Shown: in pieces, positions 26,182 to 39,905 of the stretch
Numbering within the stretch: position 1 is the first letter of the stretch
Layout of the letters: each line of letters starts with the position of its first letter
Notes under the pieces: generated by a model
The model's input: the letters and a program-made list of their open reading frames with translations, nothing else
Databases searched by the model: none
What the model was told of the DNA's origin: nothing
Made by a program: the position numbers and the translations under genes
Assembly: GCF_018977255.1 (NCBI RefSeq)
Contig: NW_024704742.1
Location: forward strand, 1,552,001 to 1,616,000
Direction of reading: 5' to 3'
Origin: Callorhinchus milii
Lineage: Eukaryota
Length of the DNA: 64,000 nt

Positions 26182-26580
26182 TCAGCTTGGTCCGGTTGGC
26201 AGCATCGTCACCTCTGGGTCAGAAGCTCGTGCGTTCAAGTCCAGTCTGGGGTCAATGAGCTCACAGTCTAAGCTAACACACCAGTGCAGTACTGAGGAGT
26301 GCTGCGTTGTTTGGAGGTGTCATCTTTTGTTTGAGGCACAAACCAAATTCCTGCGCGTCCGTTCAGAAGTGGACGTTAAAGATCCCAAAACACAAGGCCA
26401 AAAGAGGAGGCAATTTCTCCTGGTGTCCTGGCCAACAAAGCCCCAAACAAAACTGGTTATTTATTCACTTCAAGCCTGCTGCCTTTGCCCACCCACACAC
26501 AGGCACTACACTTTGAAGTAAATCCGGTGAAACGCTTGGGGTGTTTCAACATGACGAGGCGCTGTATCAAATGCACTCAT
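26182..26580 (+). mobile_element. Deu-like SINE, near full length, diverged
   Basis: Head plus gtggacgttaaagatccc...tctcctggtgtcctggccaac core and 3' tail. Confidence 0.75.
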
Positions 26581-28854
26581 TTAAAAGACAGAATCTAATG
26601 TTATCTTTATTTTGAGGAATCTCGCTCGGAAGCACAGGTCGCGTTGCTCCCGTTGTCAAAGTCTTTCCGGCGGGATTTAGGCGTCGCTGAAAAATGAGGG
26701 GTTGGTATCTGAAGCCCATTACCTGAAGCCTAATTCCATTCATTAACTAAACTTAAGGCAAAATGTGTCTTAATTTATAATGCTCTGTACTAGTAAGGTC
26801 AAATTTGGGAGGACTATTAATCCTCCAGACTGTAAAGCAACGACTTCTTTTGTTGACTCGATTAAATTCTCTCTGCCACAAAGCTTTCAAAACCAGCAGA
26901 ATCCTAGTTAGGAACAGGTTAAATAAGAACCAACGCAGTTGAGTGGAACCGGGTCACTTCCGAATACTCTCAACTGTGAAATGGTATGTGTGGTAAAGCA
27001 CGGATGAAATATATTTGCAAATGCAGAAAATAAATCAATTAAAAGTATATTGTACAGGCAATTGTCTGTGGCACGTGCAGCCTGGTGTTTCATATTCCTA
27101 TTCTCTCTTCAATGCAGATTTTCATTAAAGTGAGTTGTTGTTAATGCCTCCACTGACGTATCACTTTCAGATTAAATGGAATAAACGGAATTCGAGCGCT
27201 TTAAACAAAGACAGGGATTATGAGAGGGGTTTCCCCACGACGACNAAAAAAATGCCGCCTTTGTGTTCGAAATGAAACTCTCTTCACAAGTGCCTGATGG
27301 CATTTTCCTTATTTCGAGGTTTGAAAATTTGCAATGTAAGATTACGCTGCTGAGAATATTTTATGAAATTGCTCTTAAACATGAAGGGAGCGTATTTGGT
27401 CTGAGCTGAAAATATTACATATTGATCTAGTTAAAAGCCGAAGCTTGACATAAATTTAGAGGATTTGATTTGCAGCGAATAGAAAGAGATTAGGAGCAAA
27501 AGACCCCTACTTAAGGCTCCCTGACCCCTACCATTTATTAAATTTTGCACCCACAGCTCCCATACTGAGATTATCTTGAAAATAAAAGCCCTGATGAAAT
27601 GTATTTTTCCTTTCGGAGCTAATATGTTTGCTATCTGCAGACACTGCTGTTGATGTTCTGATTTGTATGCGAGTCAGTCGTCTTGTCGGTCTTACTCAGC
27701 AGTCTTTTCAGACCTGAAGAATGAGAACAAAGAAAGAGAATATGATGGACACCCACAAGATCTTTAGCTCAATGCACAGACTCAAATCAGCGACACAACA
27801 GCCAGCCTTGCAGTTACTCGTACCCCAATCCAATTTGGCCCTTGACACCCGCTCTCAGCCTGACAACTTCACATCCCCCTTTAAGTCCTCTTGTGCAAAA
27901 ACATCAGGATAACTAACATTAACACCTACATGTCTAGCACAGGTCGAAAGGGTGCATTTCCTTGGATGATAATCCCGACAGTCCTGGACCTTTAGCCTTC
28001 CCTCGTGCGTTTGGCCTTCTCTGCTGAATTGCCTCTGACCACGCCGAATATTTAAATTGCTGTAGCCGTGCCCTCAGCAAACTCCTGTGTTAGATCCAGG
28101 GAGGGATGGGGGCAAAGCAGAGCTGAACTACTGTTAAAAGAGATACGTTCTCTCTTTCTCCATCCGGGTCGCACCAAGAGGACATTGCACTTGCTCTGCG
28201 ATGTGACTTTTATTTCCCACTCTCTTTGCAATGGGTGAGGAGCCTGGGAAGGAGCGACAGAAAGCTCGCTCATCCTGGGTGGTGGTGGTGGGGGGTGGGG
28301 GGTTGCGTAATACAGCAGAGGTCCTAGTGAGACAGATGAGCCCTCTGTGACTAACCCTTGCTAAGTGCTGTGGAGTGGGTGGGAGTCAAGAGGCCCTGCC
28401 TACATAATATACCCCGCGAACATTTCGCAGCAACTGAACTTCTTCTGAAAGGAATTTGAGTCTTCTGAGACTAACTTTCTCATTCATCAAAGCGGACGGA
28501 AACTGGATGTAACAGACGAGGAAGAATATTTTACTGAGCTTTCGCTGCAACAGCTCAATACATTTTGAGAGATTCCTTTTTAAGTGAAAGACACTACGTT
28601 AGTGTAAGTTGCAGTTGTAAAGGACTTTCAGTGTTAGTGCCTAATGGAGGTAGGGCAGGACATTTGCTTCCACACCATTCCTGATATAAAACGTAAGCAG
28701 CCCAAGCAGGAACCTCCTCCAATTATTTCCTTACTTCCCTGATGCAACGGAACGAGACTTGACAATTTCTGCGGCACACAATCCACACCGAAGCAAAGCT
28801 TCTAAATAATGTCTTCAGTATTGCTCAGGTGTTTTTTTACTAAAAACTCCACAT

Positions 28855-29235
28855 TATTATAATAACAACAATAATCCTTTTACTTGATACAGCACCTTAT
28901 CACACCTTCGAGACGTCTCAAAGCGCTTCACCGGATATACCGTAAAGTAAATTTGTCGTTGAATTGACTGTACTTTGTGGGCGAAACTCACCAGCCGATT
29001 GCGCACAGCAGAGTCGCACATGAATTGAACTACCAAATTATTATTTGATTTGGTTTTGAAGGGATTATTACCCTCACCCCGAACAACCGGGATCCACCTC
29101 TGACCATTTCACTTTACAATATATTCCTTGAAGCGCTTTGAGACGTCTCAACGACGTGATAAGGAGCTATATCAAATGCAAGGATTATTATTATTATTAT
29201 TATTGTGATTATTATTATTGTTATTATTATTATTC
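28855..29235. mobile_element. Two SINE 3' halves in opposite orientation (minus ~28855-29075; plus ~29105-29235)
   Basis: gagacgtctcaaagcgcttca versus tgaagcgctttgagacgtctc, with (att)n tails pointing outward. Confidence 0.8.
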
Positions 29236-30509
29236 GATCGCAGTTAATGTTATGCGGACGGGACTTCAGTATTCCTGGCTGCAGATGAGACTCGACTCTT
29301 ACCTCCTGCCAGCTGCGGGCCCTTGTTGGACGTGTCGGAGTGGAGGTGTTTTCATGTCTGAAGCGATGGCAAATAAGAGAAGCCGCACAAACTATTCCCA
29401 GATAAATGAAGGCAGCCTGACTGAAACAACTTCACTGAGAAACACTGGGGGTCGAGCATTCTTTAATTGCACTGATGGTGGCATCTGGACACTCCCTGCC
29501 AATCACCCAGATCAATGCCCACGTTTGCTTTGAGTAAACGTGCCCCCTCACGAGAAGAAGTGACAGGACTTGTAAGTGAATCCTCTTCTGGTGGCTTGCA
29601 GCTTTGCCAGCGGGTGAGAGTTCTTTTTAAGTCAGCACGTCCCCTGCACCAATTTTTTTTCAAAGGAATCAGGCTTCTCGTCTTTGCGGCTGGATCTGTT
29701 GCACGCCGAGAGCTGTCAGGCGGCAGCTTTTGAAACACGAGCATCAGTATTTATGCGGAAAGCACCCAGGGCTATTTCTTCAGCTGCTTTCAACGGCAAT
29801 GGTTCTGGACGGTATTCAGAGAAAGTTATTCTTTTCGAAATTTTGCTCCATTCACGACCTGCTGCGAAACTTTCGATGTGCGCTTTACAATGGTGTTTGC
29901 TACAGTAAACGTAGCACACGGAGCAGAATAACTCTTATTAGCCATTGGGTGGTTGCCAGCTGCTGCCGTTTCCGATCTTTATGTTGGGGCGAATACAACA
30001 GTGTTTCAGTCACTGATGTCAGCGATTGATGCTTGAGGAACCCATTGTCTGGCTTCAGTTTGGGCTTGACACTTCTATGAAATATATTAGACCTACTTAG
30101 CATCTTTTTACCCCTCCCCTCCGCACCCCCAATTTTCTTCCCTTAGCTTGTTCCTCCCAGACTGCGCTCCCCGTCGCTTCTGTTCTTTGTCGGCCACCAA
30201 CGATCACTCCACAGCGGCTGGCTTGGGGCTCTCCCTCTGCTGTTCTCTCCAGGCGATCACCTGAGCTTCCCCCTCAGTACCTCGTCACTGTCAGTGCTGC
30301 GATGGTGAATCCAGCAGATACGAACATTCAAACCCTGCATCCCACCACAAGTACGTCTTTCGCGATCAGCACTGAACACATCGGAACGAAACGACAATCC
30401 TCGATTTGATACGGCGCCTTACCACGTCTCAAAGCGCTTCACGGGATTTTACTCTGATGTTGCAGCGACCGTATTTTGTCGGAAGGGCACGGCAGCTAAT
30501 ACGCACACC

Positions 30510-30825
30510 ACAACAAAAACAACTTGCGCTTATAGAGCACCCTCCAAGCAATGTTACGAGCGTACAGCAATGTCTCACAGACAAAGATGCAAGGAATGTC
30601 CAATTGTATTTATTGCCCAAGACATCAGTCACCAACTCTCTTCTCTTTTCAAGTAGTGCCATGGGATCTTTAATTCGCACCTAAATAGGCAGATGGGACC
30701 TCGGTTTAACATCTCATCTGAAGGACGGCACCTCCGACACTGTATTGCAGTGTCATCTTAGACTGTGAGCTCAAAATCCTGTGTAGGGCTTGAACCCAAA
30801 CACAGAGCGCTACCAACTGTCACCC
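30510..30825 (-). mobile_element. Deu-like SINE
   Basis: gtgccatgggatcttt...cacctaaataggcagatgggacctcggtttaacatctcatctgaaggacggcacctccgaca is the reverse complement of the Deu-like core. Confidence 0.8.
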
Positions 30826-33060
30826 AGCACAGTACTATAGACACATGATGCAAACGTTTAAATAATGTCGGGAAATGCAACTGGAAAGGGAAAATAAAAT
30901 CTGATGGATGATTTTCAAAAGTCTGCCAGGAAATGTTCAGAACAGATCAACGAATGTTCAAAATCCTGCCAATCGTGTCTCATGACACACGAAGCTTCAA
31001 AGCAAAAGCTGTTCGTCTTCAATAGTTCTTTTAACATCGCTATGTGATCAGTGAAAATCAGTGAAAAGGATACAGAATTACCTGTGATTCTTTGTATGGA
31101 TGATTGTTTACACTACTGAGGAAAGTCGTGAGATAGACCTGAAGTTGATGCGGGACGAAGCAAATCGGAGGGGTTCTGGGATGGAGTTCCATTGGTGGGG
31201 CAAAGAGACTAAAAGCCTCACTGCTAATGGTGGAGGACATGAAGCTGGACAGTGCTTGCTGAGCGAAGGGAATGGCTGTACATGATTATGAAGCCATAAC
31301 GATCAGATAAAATACAGTATTGTAAGTATATTTTTCATAATTGATTACTTTATTGTCCATTTCTAATGCAATGTGTAGATAGTCCTGTAGCCATTAGTGA
31401 TTTAATGCACTTCCACTGAAGCAAAACAAAACATAACTAAGGTTAACGTCTTTTAGATTGCTTTCTGCCTTACCGACTGCTTTGTTGTGTTGCACACTGA
31501 AGCAGTTATCAGTCTTTCTAAAAACAACGATAGGGCAATGAATTCATCGTGATCTTTTTCAGGATTGTTTCTTGACATAGCTTCCTGTAGTGACAAAACA
31601 TTGACTGCTAATGGCTTCGTGCAGTGTCAGATATGGCTAACTTGGGTCTTGTTGCATTTACTCAGTCTCAGATATTCTTCCAGTTGTGGCCAGATCATAA
31701 TGCAGAAATTAAATGTGGCTCCTTTTTCCGACGCTAACAACAGCTATCACATTTCTTCTCTTGAATTTCCAAATGGTTTATCGATTTTTGCATTGGTTTA
31801 CGTTTGTTTAGAAAGGATCATGAAGATAGATGAATAGAATTAGGATTTGTATTGGTCTTTGTCTCGACAACCACCACAACGTCTTGTACTTATATAGAAC
31901 CCTTTGCATGGGGTAGCGTCTTGGAGAGCTTAACAACGGCAGAGTTCGACTCTCGGGAGATGACTGTAGTAGGCACGGGCAACGTGGGATGTCTCCAGGT
32001 GTGATCTGACGGTGGGCAAGGCGAGAACAATGAAGCCTCAACGACATATGACATGCAAGGATTATCGTCATTCCAGTATAAAACGCCGCTGTGTGGATAA
32101 TGAAAGAATTGGCCTGATGGGCCGGCCAACTGTCCTTTTCTTGTTGCACATTTCAATTTTTGTCCTGTAGAGGTAAGCGACATTGCACATTGGATTTTTT
32201 GCTGTTAAGAATTCCATTTTTGAATACAATGTGCGCTATCATCTGCCTGGTGTGTGCGCGCGTGTGTGTGTGTGTATATATATATATAAATTTAAAATCA
32301 CAAGCACAAACCAACTTACAGCAAAGCAGAGATTGAGTCCATGGATTCCTGCAGTGATAATGCCCCATGCTGATCTTTGATCTTGAATTTTCATCGTCCA
32401 GAGCAGCACATTTCCCGTAGCTGCACTTAAAGGCATAATTTCCCAAGCTGGAGAATCTGTGGTTGTCCCTGGTTTATTCGGATCTGTGCTGCTCTAGGAA
32501 ACAATAAGATTGTTCAATAATGACCAAACCGAAGGGGGCACCTGCAATGCAGTTGGATTGTGTCTTATTAACGGGAAGCAGTGTCTGGTTGAGAAACCTT
32601 TGAAGGAATCCATAATTAATGCACAATTTACCTCACTTCAAAATTCTTATGCTTCCCCCCACCCCCCCCCCCACCGCCCCCACTATTATTCTAAACTCGA
32701 CAAAAGCTATTATCCAATAATAATGAACATGATGTGCTAAGTTCAAAACCTTCCTGAAACTAACGTTTTCATTACTGTCAAAATCAAATGTAAATTGATG
32801 GCTTATGTTGGTGAGATACATCGGATCAAAGATTGAAAGCACAGCATATTTTTTTGTTCCCAGGTGGTTTACTACTGCAGAAGAGAAATCCTAATGCAGC
32901 AAGCACATTGCTTGTTCCTGAATGTTTATTGGTACAGTTGGAATTTGAGAGCTCTCTTTCATTTTTGCCAATTTTATCTCCTTGTCTGCTCTCCTCGACT
33001 CTCCCGAGACCCAAAATTCCACTTCATCTTATCCCGTCTTAAAATTCAAGATTTGTCAAG

Positions 33061-33731
33061 AATTCTTCGAGACGTTCTCAAAGCCCTTCACAGAATAGAC
33101 TGTAAAGTAGAATTCACTGTGTATTTTGTGGGCCAAACGCGGCAGCCAATTTGCGCACAGCGGCGTCCCACAAACGGTCGTGGATTGAAGTGACCAATTT
33201 ATTCTTTTTTTTGAGGAACCATTACCCCTGGAAAAGCGATCCACCAATCGACTAATAACCGGGTTCCTACTTACTGCTGGGTAAACAGAGGCGTGTGGAG
33301 TAAGAAAAGTTGGAGTACTGTAGCTCAGTGGTTAGAGCACTCGCTTTGCAAGCGAGAGACCTGAGTTCAATTCCAGGCAGAGGGCGAAACCTTGGGCAAG
33401 TTTTCTTACTCCACACAGAGCCTAATAATAATCCCTTCAAAACCAAAACCAATAATAAATTGACCATTTTCAATCTATGACTGTTTGTGGGACATTGCTG
33501 TGTGCAATTGGCTGCCGCGTTCGCCCACAAATATACAGTCAATTCACTTTACAGTGTGTTCTGTGAAGCGCTTTGGGACGTCCTCCTGACGTGAAAAGCG
33601 CTATATCAAATGCAAGGATTATTATTATTATTATTATTATAAACTTGCCCGACATTTCGCCCTGCCTGGGAATCGAACCCAGGTCTCGTGCTTGCGAGGA
33701 GAGTGCTCTAACCACTGAGCTACAGGACTCC
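33061..33731 (-). mobile_element. tRNA-Ala SINE, long subfamily, interrupted by a younger SINE
   Basis: Reverse-complement head at 33641-33731 and body at 33061-33311. Confidence 0.9.
33312..33640 (+). mobile_element. tRNA-Ala SINE, short (young) subfamily, full length, nested
   Basis: Complete head-body-(att)n; flanked by aaagtt / aaactt, a probable target-site duplication. Confidence 0.93.
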
Positions 33732-36527
33732 GAAGAATAAGCTGTGAGCGACGACGAGACAAGCTGAGGGCTTTTCATTCTTGAGAAAAGACGACTCAGA
33801 GGAGACCTCATAGAGGTGCATACATTTTTAAGTGGGATTGTGAAAGCCAATGCACTGTGTCACCACACCAATCACTTTAATTAATGTATTATAAATAACG
33901 CCTAAATACTTGAGCTAAACACAGGCACATTGGGTGGTAGTGAAGGAAGAGGCTGTTTACTTAAATAGGTGAAGTAATAACTTTCTGCAATGAGAAGCAG
34001 TTCGTTACCTCACACCCCTTCACGTAGGATAATGCCTCGGAATGCTTTACAAAGAAGGGGTCAGATCCCGAGCAGGGGAGAGAGATACGAGACGAAGGTG
34101 ACAGTATGTTCATCAAAGGGATAAGTTTTAAGATAGAACTTAAAGCCAGATAAGAGAGGGGGAGAGACAGAGGGGCAGAGGGGGGGAGTTCCCTGAGTTT
34201 CGCTAAACAAGCACAGGACTTATAACACCTTCGTTGGTGGCTGAATGTTAAAATGTCTTTTTCAAAGTAACCGCAGTTTTGACTCGCCGTCAGTCTATAT
34301 ATCCTGAATTCCTAGCAAAGGAATAAACCGTTAGATACAATGGTCAGCCGTTTGACGCGATCGTATGATCTTGTTTCATTTTCTCCACTGTCTGCCAAGC
34401 CGCACGGGGAAGTGATACTTGTTTAACAGGATCTTTATGTTTGGCCGTTTGACCAGTACGACTACGCTGAGAAGTCTCTTGCGGTCTATTCAGGCAGCCG
34501 AGCAGAGGCCGAGGTACTTTGCTTTCTCAGCAATGCGATCAATGTGGATCTTATCAAGTCAGGTCACCCTCTCTTAATTAGACCAAATAGTGTTGGAGTG
34601 AGATCATGATTCATAATCTGTTTTACCAGATTATTGTGCCGATTCAGCAGCTTCAGAATGAACTGACAAGACTCGATGGAATATGGATCTTAGGGCCACC
34701 AGAGGTCAAATGTCTAAACATAAAAATATCAGCGTGCAAAAGAAGGAAACTATAGCGCGCTCCAGAGCCACTGAACTATGTGATTACAACGCTCTGGGTG
34801 GGGGAAAGAGAAATGATGCACAAGAAAAAAAAAGAGAAAACAAGCAAATGAAGGGAGACAGTTGTTTGACTGCACTGGAAAGCTGGCGAAGGCTATATTA
34901 CTGTGGTGTTTTGTTTTGCACCTTTCGGTCCAATCTTCCTCAGGCAAAATACTACCCCAAACCAAAACGTCGACTGCCTCGATTTGCCGGCATTTCCCAT
35001 TGTGTGTGCTTTATACACTGCACATCAGTGAAGGAAGATGACATGCTTTGAGGTCTCACCACAGTTATTTTTCCTCCACCAACCGGGTTTTAAGACATTC
35101 TCGCACATCACAAAAACTCTTATCAAGTGGCAAACTGCCAAGCAAATCAGCACCAGAAAAATTCCCTCGATAAAGACACCCTCAGCAAGTTAAGGTAAGG
35201 GAAGCAGCTGGAAGTGGAGAAATTACCACTACACACACAGCAAATGCGATGCGTTTTCTTTTATATCAGGAGGGGAAAGGGAGGATTAAGAATTAATATA
35301 TGTGCGCGTTCTGATACCGTTCCTGCAGGCTTTCACACAAAGGCATTGTCTCTCTACGCTCCGTGCATGCATGAATAAACCTCGTTGTGGATTGCTCGGG
35401 CTCTCTCCCTTCCCACCCCCTCCCCCCCCCCCCCCCCCGCCCCCAACTCCCACCGCTCCTCCAGCCCCGTTCACCTGCTGCGAGCTGGCGGGTTCCACGG
35501 CTGGCTTGAAGTTAATCCATCTGCTACCTGGAACAATTTGAAACGGAGCGAAGAGCAGCTCTCCCCGCGTCAACCGAGCTTATGCGGCGTCTTTCTCAAA
35601 CGAGAAGGGGGCAGGGTTGGTAAGGCTGCAGCTTGCCTCCCTCCCCGGCTATTAATAAAAGCAGTGACACGGCTGGCGCTGGGTTTGAACTCTGCTGCGG
35701 GCGGCACAAGTGGCAGTGCCAGCGTGAGAGCATCTCCCACATTGTTCCACTCCACGGGGTCAAAGAGGCGCAAGAAAAGGGAAGAAATCTGGTACGGCTT
35801 GTAGCAGTACACATGAATTACAAAATACGCAGACGCAATGATTTCTGGACATCCCTCAAAACTGCACAAGTGGGACCTACCTGGCTCAAGGCTGGATACT
35901 GGAGCCATTACATAAATAGATTTATACTGCAATGGGAAAGGCAGTCGGTTAGGCATACAGCAGCATTAATAACAACTTGCGTTTATATATGTCTTTTCAC
36001 ATAAAAAGAATCGTCTTGGAGTGGGTTACAAAATATGATTGATTAGAAACGAAAGTGGACATTGTTACCAAGGCAAAAAAGCAGCAGCTAATCTGAGCCG
36101 ACAACTTCCCATGGAGAGCAATGAGAAAATCAACCAAATTAATTAAGACTTGGGGGTATAGTTGGATTAGATGGAATTTAAACCAGGAAAACTGATAGAA
36201 AGACTCCACATTTCTTTAAAATACTAGATTAACGTTAAGGCAATCACTTTATGTCCATCTGAACACAAGACTGATGGAATCCATATTAACAAGATGGGAA
36301 CGGATAAGCCAAAGGACCTTCTTTATCTTGTGTTCGTGTGAGTTGATATTTAGTTTTCACTGCTTCGTTCAACTACCTTTTACTATGGTAACTGCATTGT
36401 TGAATTTTTATTGTTTCTAGTGACAAAACACCTTTGTTTTGTTTGCTATGCAGTCAATCCAGCTGAAAGCAGATTTGGAGTTTTGAATGGATTGGTATTA
36501 GAAATAAAAATAACGTTTGCAGTACCG

Positions 36528-36710
36528 TCACAGACTCACAGATGCACAGACAGAGACACACATACACACATATGCGCGCACTAACACACACGCACACACA
36601 CACACACACAGAGGAGACAGACACACACATACACTCGGAGAAACAGACACGCCCAAACACTCACCGATAGAGAGACGTACATTCACAGACACAGTAAGAC
36701 ACACACAGAC
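36528..36710 (+). repeat. Degenerate (CA)n/(CAGA)n microsatellite
   Basis: Directly visible. Confidence 0.85.
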
Positions 36711-36810
36711 TAACGCCTCGTAAAGTAGATCCTCTTTTGTACAATTATTATACATCTCTTTTGGAGAGGGATCACTCCTTCTCCAATCCACAGAATAAAA
36801 GTAGATTATA

Positions 36811-37198
36811 GAATTGTGAAACCAGGGATTTCGCGAAGTCCTTGAAATCATCAGTAAAATTGTGAAATCCTAAGTCAGGGATTTCGTGAAAAAGTGATCA
36901 TTCGATAACTTTGCCCTGACACTGGTTAGCATTATCAGCAAATAAATAACACATTATGAAAATTAACATTTTATTCACCAGGAGCTTCATATGACATTTC
37001 ATTCACGGTTGAGTCAAATGTTCATATGGTCAGCGTCTAAATCTCTATTAATGATAACAACAAGAATTTTCCTGGGATCTCCTCTATCCCTGTCCACTGT
37101 TTCATGAAATCCCTGACTCCTATTTTCAGTGATTTTTTTATGGTTTCACAATTTGACCGAACATGTCAGGGATTCATGAAATCCCCGGTGACACAATT
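36811..37198. mobile_element. MITE-like inverted-repeat element with reiterated subterminal motifs
   Basis: 36811-36896 versus 37095-37198 inverted; each arm has two copies of aattgtgaaa-like and cagggatttcrtgaa-like motifs. Confidence 0.55.
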
Positions 37199-38505
37199 TT
37201 GCTGTAACATATCAATTTGGTAAAAAAAAATCACTTTGATGACACTGCACAATCAGAGTAGCGCACATTCAAGCTTTAAAACAATTTGGCTCATTTAGTA
37301 GGTCTTTTGTTTGCTTTGTGAGTTCTGCGATAGACCCACATTTGACAAAAAAGATCAAACCCTTCAACCTGTAATATCTCCCCAGTTCCTGTTTAAGATG
37401 GAAATGTTAAGATGGAGCAGGCAATCTGCACAGATCAATAGTTAAACAAATCCCTTGTTTGCAACCAGATCTGGTTGCCATTTTGCTTTGGGAGTGGGGC
37501 ATTTTAAAAGTTTAATACGAGTAAAATCAAACCGATTTTATTCAACAGTTGCTAATTCTGGTTGGAATTTTACATTGGTTAATAATGAGGGGATGAGAAG
37601 TTGGGAGGTAATGAGCAACAGTCATAGCCTGTTCCCAGCTTCCGACAGGTATTGATTGAGGGTGTCGATCATTTGCAACCACTGAGGCCTCATTACTCCC
37701 TGTTCTGAAAGATGCTTCAGGTTTTGACTTGCATGCGGATGTGAATAAATCGTTATGACTGCGAAGAGTAATAGATACTGCAGTATATACAAATTGGCAG
37801 CTGCGTTCGAACGCAAAATACACAGTCGCACTCCTTTACAGTATATCCTGTGAAGCTCTCTGAGACGTCTCAATGGCGTGAAAAGGGAACATATCAAATA
37901 CATGATCTATTATTATATACAAAAGTCTTTATTGATGTCATCTCCATGAGCAAAGAGAGCTAAGAATAAGAGTTGCATTGTTGTATGCATTAGCGACTGC
38001 TAGAAAAGGAAATAAAATGCAGGAAATTCCACCCCAAAAGGAATGTTAATAAGTCTGTGCTTATGCTCACTGCAACATCATGTTACATGAACGGAGGTGG
38101 ATTGATCCTAGTTTAGCTGTCAATCACAAACAACACTATCGACCAAGCCAGAGATTGCTGTAGTTGGGAGCATTCATTGTGGCCGTACATCTTAACTGCA
38201 GGGGAGGAAAGTTTGAGTGAGCTTGGGATGCAGATAGTGTGCTGAAGGACAGAGGAATAAAAGTACGTGAGGGAGTCAAGGCAGACAAGATTAGGAACGT
38301 TGCCGCCTGCTTTACCAAACGTATCAGGTAGTGTTCTGACATCAAAGGTTTACGTGCAAGATAGCCTGAGGTCGGTGAGAAGGCATAGATCATTTCAGAT
38401 CTGAAGCAAGCACATAGACAAGGCAATGTGTACAAGGAGCAGATAAGTGGGAGAGTAGACAGTGCTGTGACATGGACAATAGGATCATTTCGATAACATT
38501 TGCAT

Positions 38506-38627
38506 TGGGTTGGTTGGTTGGGTAGTTGGGTGGTTGGTTGGGTGGGTGGGTGGTTGGTTGGGTGGGTGAGTGGTTGGCTGGTTGGGTGGGTGGTTGGTTG
38601 GGTGGTTGGGTGTTTGGCTGGTTGGGT
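38506..38627 (+). repeat. (GGTT/GGGT)n microsatellite
   Basis: Directly visible. Confidence 0.9.
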
Positions 38628-38819
38628 GCCACCACAGTGCTGGTAAGTTACAAGACTACTGAACCTGGTTTGATTGCAGTCGGGGAAATCCTTAACGTAC
38701 TAAACAGATTTTCCGTCTTCACCACAGTTCTTTTGGGTATTTGGAAATAGATACTTTTAGAATCAAGACGTTAAGTAATACATTATCTTTCTGTGTGAAA
38801 TTGATCAACGGAACCCAAT

Positions 38820-39905
38820 ACACTGAGTATTGGTATCAATTCCTGGATGAGAGTTAACTTTCTCCAGTTGAACGTTCACAAGACCGAGGCTCTCCTGATT
38901 GGCTCCCATCAGTGCCTCCACACCTCAGACGCTGACAGCATCACCATCCATGGTTGTACACTCCACCTTACTGAGTCAGTCCAGAACCCTGGCATCTTGT
39001 TTGACCTTCAACTGTCCTTTCTACCCCACATCTGTTGCGTGACCTGCTCTGCCTTCCCCCACCTCCACAACATTGCCCGGCTCTGCCACTGCCTCTCCCC
39101 TCAGGCTGCCAAGACCCTCATCATCATCATAATAATAATAATAGTCCTTGCATTTGATATAGAGCCTTATCACGTCTTTGAGACGTCTCAAAGCGCTTCA
39201 CAAAATTTCCTGTAAAGTGAATTAACTGTATAATTTGTGGGCGAAACACAACAGCAAATTACGCACAGCAGTGTCCCACGAGCAGTCGTGGATTGAGTGA
39301 CCAAATTATTATTATTAATTTTTTTTGGAAGGGACTATTACGCATTCAGCACATCCAGACTCAACTACGCCAACTCCCTGCTTGTCGGCCTTCCCAACTC
39401 TTCCTTCCAGAAGCCCTACAGCTCGTGTCGCACTCCCGCACCAGACTCTGTGACCCCATCACCCCACACGGCTCCACTGGCTCCCCATTCCCCAGCGAAT
39501 CGAGTTCCAAATCCTTGTCCTCGCTTTCAAACTCCTCCACGGTCTTGCTCCTCCCTATCTTTGTGACCTGCTAACCCAATACTGGCCTATCCGCTCCCTC
39601 CACACGGCAGACCCAGGCCTGCTCCGCCCTGCCCGCCCCACCATTGGCAGTTGGGCCTTCAATCTCTCTGCTCCCACCCTTTGGAACTCCATATCACAGT
39701 CCCTTCACCTCGCACCCTACTTTGCTTCCCTCAAGGACCATCTCAAGATCTTTTACTTCAACTGCATCTTTGGTTACCTTCCTACCCCCCACCCTCCTTG
39801 CCCTCCACCCCTCCTGATCCCAACCACCAGCTTGAATGTCCAGCGCTTTGGGATGTCCTCCCGATGTGAAAAGCGCTGTACAAATGTAATTTGTGGGTTT
39901 TGTTA
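38820..39905 (+). mobile_element. 5'-truncated L2-clade LINE (ORF2 C-terminal region plus 3' end), interrupted by a minus-strand SINE half at ~39120-39340
   Basis: Translates as WMRVNFLQLNVHKTEALLIG...NPGILFDLQLSFLPHI...HLHNIARL...LSPQAAKTLI | HAFSTSRLNYANSLLVGLP, typical of L2 ORF2 after the RT domain; ends in cagcgctttgggatgtcctcccgatgtgaaaagcgctg. Confidence 0.88.

Noticed and set aside
35380..35720. C-rich stretch with a MEF2-like ctattaataa (35649-35658) and E-boxes as a candidate enhancer
   Set aside because: Short motifs are expected by chance; no conservation or chromatin data
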